A DNA stretch of 63,762 bases, the filler included, from Welwitschia mirabilis (taxonomy: Eukaryota), in NCBI GenBank assembly GCA_051453625.1. It is 6 parts of one record of this genome, joined end to end, with 100 filler letters (N's around TTAATTAATTAA, not from the genome) between each part and the next. Parts side by side here need not be neighbours in the genome. Positions count along the whole stretch, not along the records: positions 39,758 to 52,729 come from JBOZIK010000001.1; positions 52,830 to 60,837 come from JBOZIK010000001.1; positions 60,938 to 62,482 come from JBOZIK010000001.1; positions 62,583 to 63,762 come from JBOZIK010000001.1; 2 more parts are not named here. One strand, written 5' to 3'. A program made the translations under genes and the position numbers. The notes under the pieces are model-generated. The model was not told the origin of the DNA. It did no database searches and was given only the letters and a program-made list of their open reading frames with translations. Position 1 is the first letter of the stretch, and every line of letters starts with the position of its first letter. Below, piece after piece: positions 51,992-63,762 of this stretch.

Positions 51992-53235
51992 AAAAGCTTT
52001 ATAGAATTTGTATAAATCCCTAGAAAAACCTATCAATAGGACTTAAAAATGTACTTCATAAATGTATTAAATAGGTTAAGTTGGCATTACAACAACATGA
52101 TTTATAGAAAAAGCATCAGGACATCCTGTGTATAAAATTGTAATAAANNNNNNNNNNNNNNNNNNNNNNNNNNNNNNNNNNNNNNNNNNNNNNNNNNNNN
52201 NNNNNNNNNNNNNNNNNNNNNNNNNNNNNNNNNNNNNNNNNNNNNNNTCTACTTTAACTTTTACATTACCTTCTGAACTTGATAATGATAACCTTCCTCC
52301 ATCTCTTCCCATGAGACCTTCATATGATTCTCAAGGCCATGTTTCTTTCCTTGAATTTCATAAAACTCATAATTTTGAAAAGTCTATTTCTCCTATCTCT
52401 TAATTTCTTCTTTTTAAAAATCCTTATGATACTTAAAGTAACATCTATTATTTTTCTATGAAGTCCACCTTACCTTGTGTCTTTGATGATTATTTTTTTA
52501 AAAATTTGACTTGGAACATCTTGAAATTTTAAATTAGATTTCACCTTATCTTCTTAATAATAACCCATGCTTAGAGTTAAATCTTAAGGAGTTTATTAAC
52601 CTTATTAAATATTCTTAAAATCCTTAAAAGCTTCTTAGATTCATTCTTTGGGTAGCACCTTAAATGAATTATATAATAATTCTCATGATTCACAATGTTT
52701 TAATAAGAGATTATTTGTCAATGAAATTTNNNNNNNNNNNNNNNNNNNNNNNNNNNNNNNNNNNNNNNNNNNNTTAATTAATTAANNNNNNNNNNNNNNN
52801 NNNNNNNNNNNNNNNNNNNNNNNNNNNNNATAAGTTTTCAATTAATATAAGTATTTTTTAAGACAAGGGTTATTTAAAGATTTGATAATAATAATATATA
52901 TATGGTAATTAGGTAAGCCTAAGAGTTAATCCATTATTGCAAGTAATACTTCTTCACCTTTATTCTCTAACATATCCAAATAATATAAAGGAAATCCTTT
53001 GCATGTTAATGAGGTAAATCTTCAACTATTTCTATCTTAGGTGCTAGAAGGTTTTTATTTGGTAGAGGTAAAGAATCAATTTCTTGTATTGGCTTTTCAT
53101 TCCTACTTACTTCATTAATGGAATTAATTTCTACACCATTGGATTTATTTTCTTATTTCAGAAAATTTTAATTCTTTTTCATTTATCTTTATAATTTCAT
53201 TAATGTTATCTTTAACCATCACCATGTCATCTTCT

Positions 53236-54566
53236 TGTTAGATTATATTTGTCAATTGATGTTAAACTAATATCTCTTATCTAGTGAAAATGTTATGTCT
53301 TTTGTGCAGATGAGATTGAGTTTTGCAGATTGGAAGAATTAAACAAAAATATCTACTAAAAATCTATTGGGATAATTTACCCTCTAGAGAGTGTCAATTG
53401 GATCCTAAAGGGGTCTACTGCACTTGAATCTATTACAAGTAAAATGGACTAAACCCAGAGGGATTGACCGATTCTAATAGGGTCAAATGAACCTGTAATC
53501 TAAAATTCGGTATTCCTAGACCAAATGGAAAGGGATCAACTAGATTTTCATTGGGTTGATTGGATTTGAGAAATTAAGAGGTAATAGACTTAGATGGAGA
53601 GATAAAGGGTCAACCAGATCTAGGATGGAGTCGACCAGACTAGGGTCAACTGGACCTAAATGGGGTCAATCAGACTTGGAGACATAAAAACCTGGGATGA
53701 CCGACTTTCTATCTTGGGCGACCTAAGTAATTTAGGACACCACATGGGGTCAACTGAATTTTTGTGGGGTCAATTGGATGATGCAGACAAGAAAAATTTC
53801 TAAATGTTATGTATCTATTTCCTAGCCATTAACTAGTTGTTTTCTAGCTGTTTATAGCTAATGGAGGAATAATTCATTTGTAATAAACCCTATTATCCCT
53901 TCATTATAAATATCTATGCTATTGTTGATCTAGAGATCTTTTGGCACTATTCTTATGTGGCATAATCATTGTGGATCTAAAAGATCAATCTATAATCTCT
54001 CATTGATGTGTCATTGTACTGATTTACATCTAATTTGAGGAGATCTATCATTGGCACAAGAGATTTATTCAAAATCAGATCTAAGAGTTTCATCATTGTA
54101 ATCTAATGGAAATAGCTCTATTTATTATACTACTTTAGAACATGTGATATTTGTGAGATCAAGGCATCACCACATTACTACTTCCTTGTAATAGGTTGAA
54201 ACTTAGCCTCTAAAGTCCATTATGAAGGTTGATACTTAGCCTATAAAAGTTTGATTGTAAGGGTTATAGGTAAACCTGAAAAACCTGTGGAGCAATAAAA
54301 ATCTGAGATCAAACTTGAGAGAATCTGATCATTGAGAGTGGAGTAGGGGAGTTTCCAAACCACTATAAATCTAGTGTCCATCAAAATTGGTAGTTTGTGC
54401 TTTTTATTTTTGATTCTTTACTTTTATTTTTTCATTATTTATATACACATTCTTGAACTAGTTATTTTCATATGTAAGCCATACTTAGATAGATATATTC
54501 TTAGTTTTTGAGCATTAGTTTTTGAAAGAACCTATTCATCCCTCTCTAGGATTCTCAATCCTATCA
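53236..54566 (+). repeat. Copia 5' LTR
   Basis: TGTTAGATTATATTTGTC...ctattcatccctctctaggattctcaatcctatCA. Confidence 0.9.
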
Positions 54567-54568
54567 TT

Positions 54569-54581
54569 TGGTATCAGAGCC
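54569..54581 (+). promoter_or_regulatory. Primer binding site, initiator tRNA-Met
   Basis: TGGTATCAGAGCC lies 2 nt after the LTR end. Confidence 0.92.
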
Positions 54582-55399
54582 AGGTTAAGTCATTTTCTTA
54601 GATCTTAATCAATCTAGACTTAGAACCCTTCAATAACTACTCTTTTTGATTAATGTTTTAGTATTCCATTCCTAAATACATGTTCCCTTATCTATTTTCT
54701 CTGGATAGTATATGGTTATATTGTTAAACAGATTGTAGCAAGTAAAAACTCTCAGGGATTAAGTGAAAGAGATTAGAACATGATAAAGAAGGGAGACTCT
54801 CTTTTATGGCTTTGTGCCTCCATTGTAGAATGTGCCAAACACTTTAGTCCATGATGATGATGAAATGAGAAATAAAGATCAAGATGATTTGAAAAGTACT
54901 TACCAGGAGTTTATCAAGAGTGCGAAAAACTAGCTAGAAGGATAAATATCCTAAACAAGGTTATAAAATCCCTCACTAAGGAAAAGAATGATTTGGAATC
55001 AAGTTTTGAAAGAGCATCGATCTTATTTTACAAATAAAAGAATTGTCATATTTTATTAACATGTTTTCAGATGGATCTACTAAATTGAAATAAATGATTG
55101 AAGTTTAGAAATCAATTGGAAGCAAACCAAGTATTAGGTTCATCTCTCAAAAGCCTCAAGCTCAAAAAAATCAGGTAACTAGTTATGGAATTTTCTTTCA
55201 AATATTACTTGTCATTTCTGTGAAAAAATATTTCATTCAAAACTTATGTGTAATGCTAAAAAATTAATGTTATTTTCAAATTCTAGTAGTCCCTTTTCAT
55301 TTAATTTTATTCTTAAAAAGGATGTACCACATAAGTCTAAAAGAACTATGTGAGTGAAAGCTAATGATCTTAAAAGTTTGTTAATTTAGATAGCTTTCA

Positions 55400-58300
55400 A
55401 AGTTTTAAATAGCGTAATCTAGTATCTTGACAGTGGATGTTCAAGGCACATGATAGGAGACAAATCTAGATTCAAACATCTAAGCCACTTTGATAGAGGA
55501 TAAGTGACTTTTGGAGATAACAAAAGAGCAAAAATAGAGCATTGGAAGTATTGGTGGAGATAACCTTCCTATTAGTCAAATTTATGATAAAGATCACAAA
55601 GTAGTTTTTAATAAATCGAAATGTGAAATTGTACATGAAAAATTGAATGATGTGATTCTTAAACCTAGTAGAATATACATGTTTATAGCATAAATCAATT
55701 ATTTTCTCCTTGTTATTTTTTTAAATGTTCCTCAAGATGAGTTGTGGCATAAGCATTTAAGACATGTTAATTATGATCAATTAAAAATAATTATTTGTAA
55801 GAATATCATTAGAGGAATTCCTAATATGAACATAGAAAAACAAGGGTTATGTGATGCATGTCAAATGGGTACACAAATTAAGATCTCTTATAAAAGTAAA
55901 TCTCATTCTTCCACATCGATGCCATTAGAACTTATTCATATGGATTTAGTTGGACCTACTCAAACTCAAAGTTTAGGTGGAAAATGCTATTTTCTTACAA
56001 TGGTAGATAACTACTCTAGATATACTTAGATAGGCCTTTTGTCAAATAAGTCTGAAGCTTATAAGCATTGGATTGAAATTTACAATAATATCCAAAATGA
56101 AAAAGATTATAGAATAAAGAAAATAAGAAATGATCATGGTGGTGATTTTGAAAATCAATTTTTTAAAAAATATTGCATTCGAAATGGTATTCATCACTAA
56201 TTTTCAGCTCCAAAGATACCATAACAAAATAGTATAACTGAAAGAAAGAATAGATTTCTTCAAGAAATAACTCAAACTATGATAAATGATAAAGAAGTAT
56301 CTAAATCTTTTTGGGCTGAAGTAGTTAGCAAAGCATGTTATATTATTAAGAGAGTTTATCTTAAACCTAGTACTGAAGTAGTTAGCAAAGCATGTTATAT
56401 TATTAAGAGAGTTTATCTTAAACCTAGTACTGATAAAATGCCTTAAGAGCTATGGAATGGAAGATAACCAAATATGTCATACTTTAAGATTTTTAGAAGC
56501 AAATTCTATGTCCTAAAAGATAGAAAACATTTAAATAAATTTGAATCAAAAGCTAATGAAGTAGTCTTTTTAGGATACTCAACAAGAAGTAGAGCCTACT
56601 ATGTTTTCAACAAAATAAGCTTAATAGTAGAAGAGTTAATAAATGTGAAAATTTATGAGATTAACTAAAAGTAAGTGACATAGATGAAGAAGAAAACATA
56701 ACCCCAATCATTTCGATATTAAATGAAGATGTTTCCAAAACAAATGAAATTCAAGTAAAAGAAGGAACTCCAAAAAAGCCTAAACTTCTTAAAGATTATC
56801 CAATAGGATCTGTCATTGGAGAAGTTAACTCAAAAGTAAAAACAAGAGGTTCTATGAAAAATTTATGTGCTCATGTTTGTTATGTTTCAAAGATAGAGCT
56901 CAAGAACTTTGAAGAAGCATAAACTCATAAAGAATGGATGTTGACAATGCAAGATGAGCTACAACAGTTCATAAGGAATAATGTTTAAGCTAGTAGAAAG
57001 ACCAAAAGATAAGAATGTAATTGTTATAAAATGGATATTTAAGAATAAGTGTGATGAAGAAAATAATGTCATCAAAAACAAAGCAAGGTTACTAGCTCAA
57101 GGCTACAACCAAATAGAAGGCATTAATGTAGGAAATACTTTTGCTCCTATTGCAAGGGTGGATAGCATTAGAATGTTTTTACCCTTTACAAACTTTAAGA
57201 ACTATAAAGTATATCAAATTGATATAAAAAGTGCTTTTCTAAATGGATCATTAATTGAAGAAATTTATGTTAATAAACCACAAGGTTTTATTGAACCTTA
57301 TAAATATGATCATGTGTATAGACTTAATAAAGCTTTATATGGATTAAAATAAGTATCAATATCATGCTATAAAAGGTTAGCCTTTTTCTAAATGATAATG
57401 AATATGTTCAAGAAATAATAGATAAAACTTTATTTGTAAAGCAATTAAAAAATGATTTTATTATTATATAGATTTATGTAGATGATATTATTTTTGATGC
57501 CTCAAATGAGAAGTTGTCAAAAGAATTTGCAAACATTATGAAAATCAATTTGAAATGAGTATCCTTGGTGAAGTTAAAATATTTCTTGGACTTTAGATTA
57601 AGTAATCTAAAGATGGAATATTTATTTTTCAATCCAAATATGTAAGAGATTTAATCAAATGATTTGGTTTAGAAAATACAAAGATAATTGCTACTCCTAT
57701 GTCTATATCATATAAAGTAAGCTTGGATGAAAATGGTAAATTAGTAGATAAAAAATTTTACAAAAGCATAATTAGTAGTTTATTATATTTGATTATAAGT
57801 AGACTAGATATCATGTTTAGTATTGGAGTTTGTGCAAGATATCAATCTAATACAAAATAATTATATCTTCAAGCAGTAAAAAAAGATAATTAGATATGTA
57901 AAATAAACATGTGATTATAGCTTATGGTATCCCAACAAAACATCTTTTAATCTTATAGGTTTTAATGATGTAGATTGAGATGGATGAAAAGATGATAGAA
58001 AAAGCACAAGTGGAAATTGCTTCCTTCTAGGTTCATGTCTAGTAGGATGTGCAAGTAAGAAACNNNNNNNNNNNNNNNNNNNNNNNNNNNNNNNNNNNNN
58101 NNNNNNNNNNNNNNNNNNNNNNNNNNNNNNNNNNNNNNNNNNNNNNNNNNNNNNNNNNNNNNNAATTATCAAAACAATTTGCAAATATTATGATAAATCA
58201 ATTTGAAATGAGTATGCTTGATAAAGTTAAAATGTTTCTTGGACTTCAAATAAAGTAAACTAATGATAGAATATTTATCTCTTAATCTATATATGACATA

Positions 58301-59070
58301 GATTTTAACAAATGATTCAGTTTAGAAAATGCAAAAATAGTTGATACTTGTATGTCTACATCATGTAAAGTAAGCTTAGATGAAAATGATAAATCAATAG
58401 ATCAGAAACTTTATAGAAGCATGATTGGTAGCTTATTGTACTTAATCGCAAGCAGACCAAATATTATGTTCGGTATTGGAGTATGTGCAAGATATTAATC
58501 TAATCCAAAAGAATCACATTTTTAAGTATTAAAAAGGATAATCAAGTATATAAAAGACACATGTAATTATGGTTTGTGATATCCCAATGAAACATATTTC
58601 AATATTGTAGGTTCGGTGCAAATTAGGCCAGATGAAAATATGATAGAAAAAGAACAAGTGAAAATTGCTACTTACTAGGTTCATGTCTAGTTGGATGGAT
58701 AAGTAATAAAGAAAACTCTATTTCTCTCTTCACTGCAGAAGTTGAATATATTACCACAAGAAGTTATTGCACTCACTTTTTATGGATAAAAGAAATGTTA
58801 AAAAATTTTGGTATTACTTTTGAATAAGTTCCAATTTTTTATGATAATAATAGTGCTATTAATATATCTAAAAATCTTGTTCAGCATTCAAGAACAAATC
58901 ATATTGAACTTAGACATTATTTTCTTCATTATTAAGTTGAAAAAGTTCATATATCTATGATTTGTTTCTACAAATCAATAATTAGTAGATATCTTTACTA
59001 AACTCCTAAATTTTAATACTTTTATTTGTTTTAGATATGAATTGGGGGTTCTCTCACCATTCTATAATTA
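55400..59070 (+). pseudogene. pol: Copia pol (PR-INT-RT-RH), degenerate
   Basis: YLDSGCSRHMIGDK; WHKHLRHVN; LELIHMDLVGP; KWIFKNK..NKARLLAQGYNQIEG; KALYGLK; IYVDDIIF; RTNHIELRHYFL. Confidence 0.95.
56316..56429 (+). repeat. Perfect 2 x 57-bp tandem duplication within integrase
   Basis: ctgaagtagttagcaaagcatgttatattattaagagagtttatcttaaacctagta occurs twice and is followed by ctga. Confidence 0.97.
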
Positions 59071-59964
59071 AGTGCAGGGCAGTCAATCAAACATGATATT
59101 TGGTCAATTGAAATAGGTCAGTCAACCAGTTTTATACTCGGTCGCCTAGTCCCTTAAAAAGCTATATAGCAATAACAGCAGTAGAACAAAAAGAGTGTTA
59201 TTTATTTTGTTACATCTGATCTCATTTATTGATATTTACTGTGGATTCCTATTCTTGAATATTATTACTTATTATTCCATCTTATCATTTTTTCTTGTGG
59301 ACATTTTACATTTAAAAATCATTATCTTATTTGACACATTTTCTTTACTTATAATTCAAAATCAATCATATATTTTAGCACAATTCTTGCCTTCATTTAT
59401 TATATCTCAGTTAGTAGTATGTAATTGTATGTGCTCTTTTGAAAAACCTAAAATTGTTTTTATCATTTCAAAATGGATTTATGTGTCTTATATTGTAATA
59501 GGTATGATTAATCATATTTTAATTATCATTTGGTATTATTACGTTTTCTTAAAGTATGTATAAGTAAGTTTGTAACATTTACAAGCCCATAATTTGATAT
59601 TTGGCTTATCATTTCATCTTTTGGTATGAAGATAGGGGGGAATAAATTTTTGATATTTCTATAAATTTAAGTTTTATATTTATTTGCCATTAATGTCAAA
59701 GGAGGAGAGAAGATGCAGTGCTTTCAAAAGTATTTTTTGAAGATGTTATGCTTTTAAAGTATTTTTGTTAAAGAACTTTATAAAAAAGGGAGAAAATGTT
59801 TTGTTTCAAAAATATTATTTTACTTTCTACTTAAATGTTTATATGGCTTGATGTAAAGGGGAGTGTTTATTATAATGTGCCTAAAATTATTTGATGAAAG
59901 AGCTTAAAATTATTCCATTTTTTGAAATCACTTTTTTTTTTGCCATCAATGTCCAAGGGGATAT

Positions 59965-60731
59965 TATTAGATTATATTTATCAATTGATGTAAAATTAAT
60001 ATCTCTTGTGTAGTTTAAATGTTTTTTCTTTTGTACAAATGAGATTGAGTTTTATAGGGTAGAATAATTGAATTAAAATATGTACTAGAAACCTACTGAG
60101 ATAATTTACCCTCTAGTGAGGATCGACCAGATCCTAAAGAGGTTGACTGCATCTAAAGCTATCGCAAGTAAAATGAACTAAACCCAAATGAGTTGACTGG
60201 ATTTTAATGGGGTTGATTGGACTTGTAACCTGAAATTCAGTATTCCTAAACTGAATGAAAAGGGATTAACCAGATTTTTATGGGGTTTATCGAATTTGGG
60301 GAACTAACAGGTAATAGACTCAGACCAAGAGATAAGGGGTTGACCAGATCCAGGATTGAGTTGATTGGATTAGGGTCGACTAGATCCAAATGGGGTCAAC
60401 CAGACTTGGAGATGTAAGAACTTGGGATAACTAAATTTCTCTCTTGAGTGACCTGAGTAATTCATGGCACCATATGAGGTTGACTGGATTTTTGTGAGGT
60501 CGACTGGACAGTGCAAAAAAAAAAATCTAAACATTATGTATCCATTTTCTAGCCATTAACTAGATATTTTCTAGCCATTGAAGGTGCAATTCATTTGTAA
60601 TAAATCCTATTAGCCATCCATTATAAATAGCTATGCTATTATTAACCTAGAGATCATTTGGCATTATTCTTATTCAGCATAACTATTATGGATCTGAAAG
60701 ATCAAGTTATAATCTCTAATTGATGTATCAT
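59965..60731 (+). repeat. Copia 3' LTR, truncated
   Basis: Colinear with 53236 to about 54014, then switches abruptly to an Athila LTR terminus. Confidence 0.9.
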
Positions 60732-60837
60732 TCTTGTGGTGTGTATTTGTGTAATAGATCGCGTTTCAATTTCAATCCTATTAATTATCAATAAGATGCA
60801 AAATACAACACGCTAGTATAGACGGAGTGATCCGAAT
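60732..60837 (-). repeat. Athila LTR terminus inserted in the copia LTR
   Basis: tcttgtggtg...aatcctattaatta.caataagatgcaaaatacaacacgctagtatagacggagtgatccgaat matches 14522-14627. Confidence 0.85.
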
Positions 60838-60937
60838 NNNNNNNNNNNNNNNNNNNNNNNNNNNNNNNNNNNNNNNNNNNNTTAATTAATTAANNNNNNN
60901 NNNNNNNNNNNNNNNNNNNNNNNNNNNNNNNNNNNNN

Positions 60938-62482
60938 AAGTACTAACGTAGCAAACTCCAAAGGAAAACATCATAACATACCCTAGTAAAGATGCATGAC
61001 AAAATGTATTAACTCAATAAAGTTCATTTGAAAGGGTTGTGGTTATGGCGATATCCAATGTTTCAAGTGTGTAGAACAATGTAGGTCAAATCAAAAGATA
61101 CTAAGAAATGGACTAATCTATTTCTACCTACAAACTTATTGAAATCTCCAAAAGTGAAATGATCAAGTGGAAATACTAAAATGTTGTATTCTTTTGCCAT
61201 GATGAGGGGAGTGCAACCACTGTCAGAGGAGTAAGGACCCACAAAGCATGGCCAACTGACAACCCAGTGGAGTTTCCACAGCTACCATATTATACTGCCA
61301 AAGGATCCTCTCGGAAATATTTGCCCCAGTGTACTTGTGGTAGGACATCATGCTTTTCATTTTTCTTTCATTTTCTTTTTCTTTTTTCTTTTTTCTTTTT
61401 TTTTGTTTAACAAAAAAGATAATCCCATAGGATCACACACTTAAGAAGACTAAAGTGAATAAGTAAAGTAAAAGATAGAAAAAAAACACTCCTTGATAAC
61501 TTAAGATTTATCCACCATTGGGAAAAAAAAAAAGAATATAAGAAATAAGTTATCTTCTTGTAAATACAATCCATAGACATGAGAATGTCTTAAGATTGAA
61601 TTAATCCAATCTTATCACTTATAAATGCCCAAGTATAAAGTAATCATAATACTTTATAAAGTAATACAAAATCAAGTTAAAAGATAATCAGGTAAAGTGA
61701 TAATATTTAACTAAGGAAGTAAGCTAAAAAAGAAATTNNNNNNNNNNNNNNNNNNNNNNNNNNNNNNNNNNNNNNNNNNNNNNNNNNNNNNNNNNNNNNN
61801 NNNNNNNNNNNNNNNNNNNNNNNNNNNNNNNNNNNNNNNNNNNNNNNNNNNNNNNNNNNNNNNNNNNNNNNNNNNNNNNNNNNNNNNNNNNNNNNNNNNN
61901 NNNNNNNNNNNNNNNNNNNNNNNNNNNNNNNNNNNNNNNNNNNNNNNNNNNNNNNNNNNNNNNNNNNNNNNNNNNNNNNNNNNNNNNNNNNNNNNNNNNN
62001 NNNNNNNNNNNNNNNNNNNNNNNNNNNNNNNNNNNNNNNNNNNNNNNNNNNNNNNNNNNNNNNNNNNNNNNNNNNNNNNNNNNNNNNNNNNNNNNNNNNN
62101 NNNNNNNNNNNNNNNNNNNNNNNNNNNNNNNNNNNNNNNNNNNNNNNNNNNNNNNNNNNNNNNNATGCTTCTATTATGTTCATAGTTGTGTCTAAAATTC
62201 CTCATATTATTTCAATTGTTTTCTATGTGTGCACACATTTTTCACTCATTATTTTCATGATTTGTTCTTTTATGATTTTCTTTAGGTTTGGAGAGGTTTG
62301 TAAAGATAGGCTAGGTTTTAGATCTTCCTCCAAATCTAAAGTGTTGACTAAACCTTTTTTTTGCTGCATCAAAAACTCATATTGAAAATCATTTATTTTT
62401 AAAGTGAAAATTCATCAATCTAGTTCTAGTGTCTATGATGCAATGGGCTGTTGCACAGAAAGCTCTACCTAGAAGTAGGGGA
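60938..62482 (-). mobile_element. Internal fragment of a second non-autonomous Athila copy (protease end, deletion junction, 3' region)
   Basis: 60938-61737 is colinear with 16878-17653, and 62166-62482 is colinear with 17668-18540. Confidence 0.88.
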
Positions 62483-63762
62483 NNNNNNNNNNNNNNNNNN
62501 NNNNNNNNNNNNNNNNNNNNNNNNNNTTAATTAATTAANNNNNNNNNNNNNNNNNNNNNNNNNNNNNNNNNNNNNNNNNNNNTAGCAGAAAGATCAGCTT
62601 CACACCAGGCTAGCAGAGGAGGGTTTTCTATCAAACAGCTGCTATGCAAGCCTCATGCTACACCAATTTAAAGTTTAAGGGTTCTCCTTCTGATGATGTC
62701 CATTCGTTACAACGTGTTTATTTTCAACTTAGCTATTCTAGAAATGATCTAAAAAAGAGAAAGCATTTGCCCTTTATCAAGTCTACTAGCTCATAACATG
62801 CATTTTCACCAAAATTCCATAGAAAGAAGAAGAAGTAGNNNNNNNNNNNNNNNNNNNNNNNNNNNNNNNNNNNNNNNNNNNNTAGTCCTTTCCTTACGCT
62901 ACCCATGTGGGATAAATGCAATCCCACTATTTATTTTAGATGAGCCAAAATACAACAGTGTCATGTAAGAAGACTACTTTCTAGAGGATGCAATGAATTA
63001 TGGGACAGACTTGTGCTTCATTTTTTAAAGCAGCTTCTATGATTATATCCTTGCTATATATATAAGCATTTTCAGTTTTCAACTGCGCGTACAGCAAGGC
63101 AGCTTGATCAGATCAGCAAGGAGTTTTTATTTTCTCTCCAGTTTTCTTTTTGCATGTGGTTTTTTGGTTAGGCTATTAAGGTGAAACATGTATATTTTAT
63201 TTTTAGCACAATAGTGATAGAAAGGTAGATATTTGGACACCCAATCTCCATACGCTTGACACGATCAGTATTAAGCAAATCAGAACTTGTCGCTTTCTGA
63301 GGGGCAGGCAGGATGCTTCCCAATGTTTCAGTCTGTATGTGTAGGCACTCAGTGGATCAGATGTATTTCATGATGAGTGTCAGGTTCCTCAAATTTTTAG
63401 CTTATTTAAATCCATAGGCCAGCATAACCTGTAGGTATGCTGCCACAGGAAGTAGTCGTTGTGATGGTCTACTTTTATTTTGTGTTTAGACCTAGCTTTT
63501 AGCTAGGCTAATTTGGGTTTTGTTTTGTTTTCTCGTCCCAGTTTTCTGTAAGTATTATTCTTTTAAAGAATCAGTAATGAAAGTATTCAAACTCCATTCA
63601 AAAAAAAAAACTTAAAATTGATAATCTATATGCTATATAGCAATAAATTTCCATGTTTAATTTTGCATGCATTTTCTTCTAGTTGTTCTTTATGAACTAA
63701 ATATATGAAATCATAGGTTTGATCATATAGAAATTACATTTGTTAGGATATTTATAGATATT

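Larger units (their letters stand above)
41152..52094 (-). repeat. Diverged Athila-family 5' LTR split by the nested copia element (LTR parts about 41152-42846 and 51992-52094)
   Basis: The terminus aagttggcattacaaca ends at 52094. A PBS-like tggtaatgttttgcaggga lies on the minus strand at 41131-41149. The internal motif ctcctcaatgaa and a tttatag box resemble the other LTRs. Confidence 0.65.
53236..60731 (+). mobile_element. Second SIRE-type copia family: gag largely deleted, no env-like ORF, 3' LTR cut by an Athila insertion; may be two copies joined at the 58.1-kb gap
   Basis: LTR 53236-54566 (TG...CA), PBS at 54569, pol motifs, several purine tracts at 59630-59962 and a 3' LTR from 59965. 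Confidence 0.85.

Noticed and set aside
52248..53235. Coding-looking fragments either side of a linker
   Set aside because: They are short, full of stops and have no identifiable motif. They are probably retroelement debris but cannot be assigned.
17688..62205. Long ORFs of 150-400 aa in the ORF track
   Set aside because: They are open only because they run through N gaps.

Overview
AT-rich eukaryotic (plant-type) draft-assembly sequence made almost entirely of old, nested, stop-riddled transposable elements. It has many N gaps and five artificial 44N-TTAATTAATTAA-44N joins, so adjacency across those joins is unreliable. I found no intact host gene, RNA gene or CRISPR array. Main content: (1) many Athila-lineage Ty3/gypsy pieces, including a nearly complete gag-pol (32.6-37.8 kb), a 3' half with an env-like ORF (22.5-30.0 kb) and two copies of a gag+protease-only derivative with the same pol deletion (15-22 kb, 61-62.5 kb); (2) SIRE-type Ty1/copia elements: one full-length with an AAAAG target-site duplication and env-like ORF (42847-51991), one with most of gag missing (53.2-60.7 kb), and an LTR fragment (30.0-30.95 kb); (3) a decayed, intron-containing Helitron-like Rep/helicase gene of the DUF6570-bearing type (9.6-10.9 kb) that the ORF track misses; (4) an orphan env-like frame with a divergent unidentified frame (1.3-6.5 kb). 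All domain calls come from manual translation and remembered motif consensus, not database searches. I see no convincing new functional system. The Helitron-like remnant, the non-autonomous Athila subfamily and the orphan ORF pair are the best leads.
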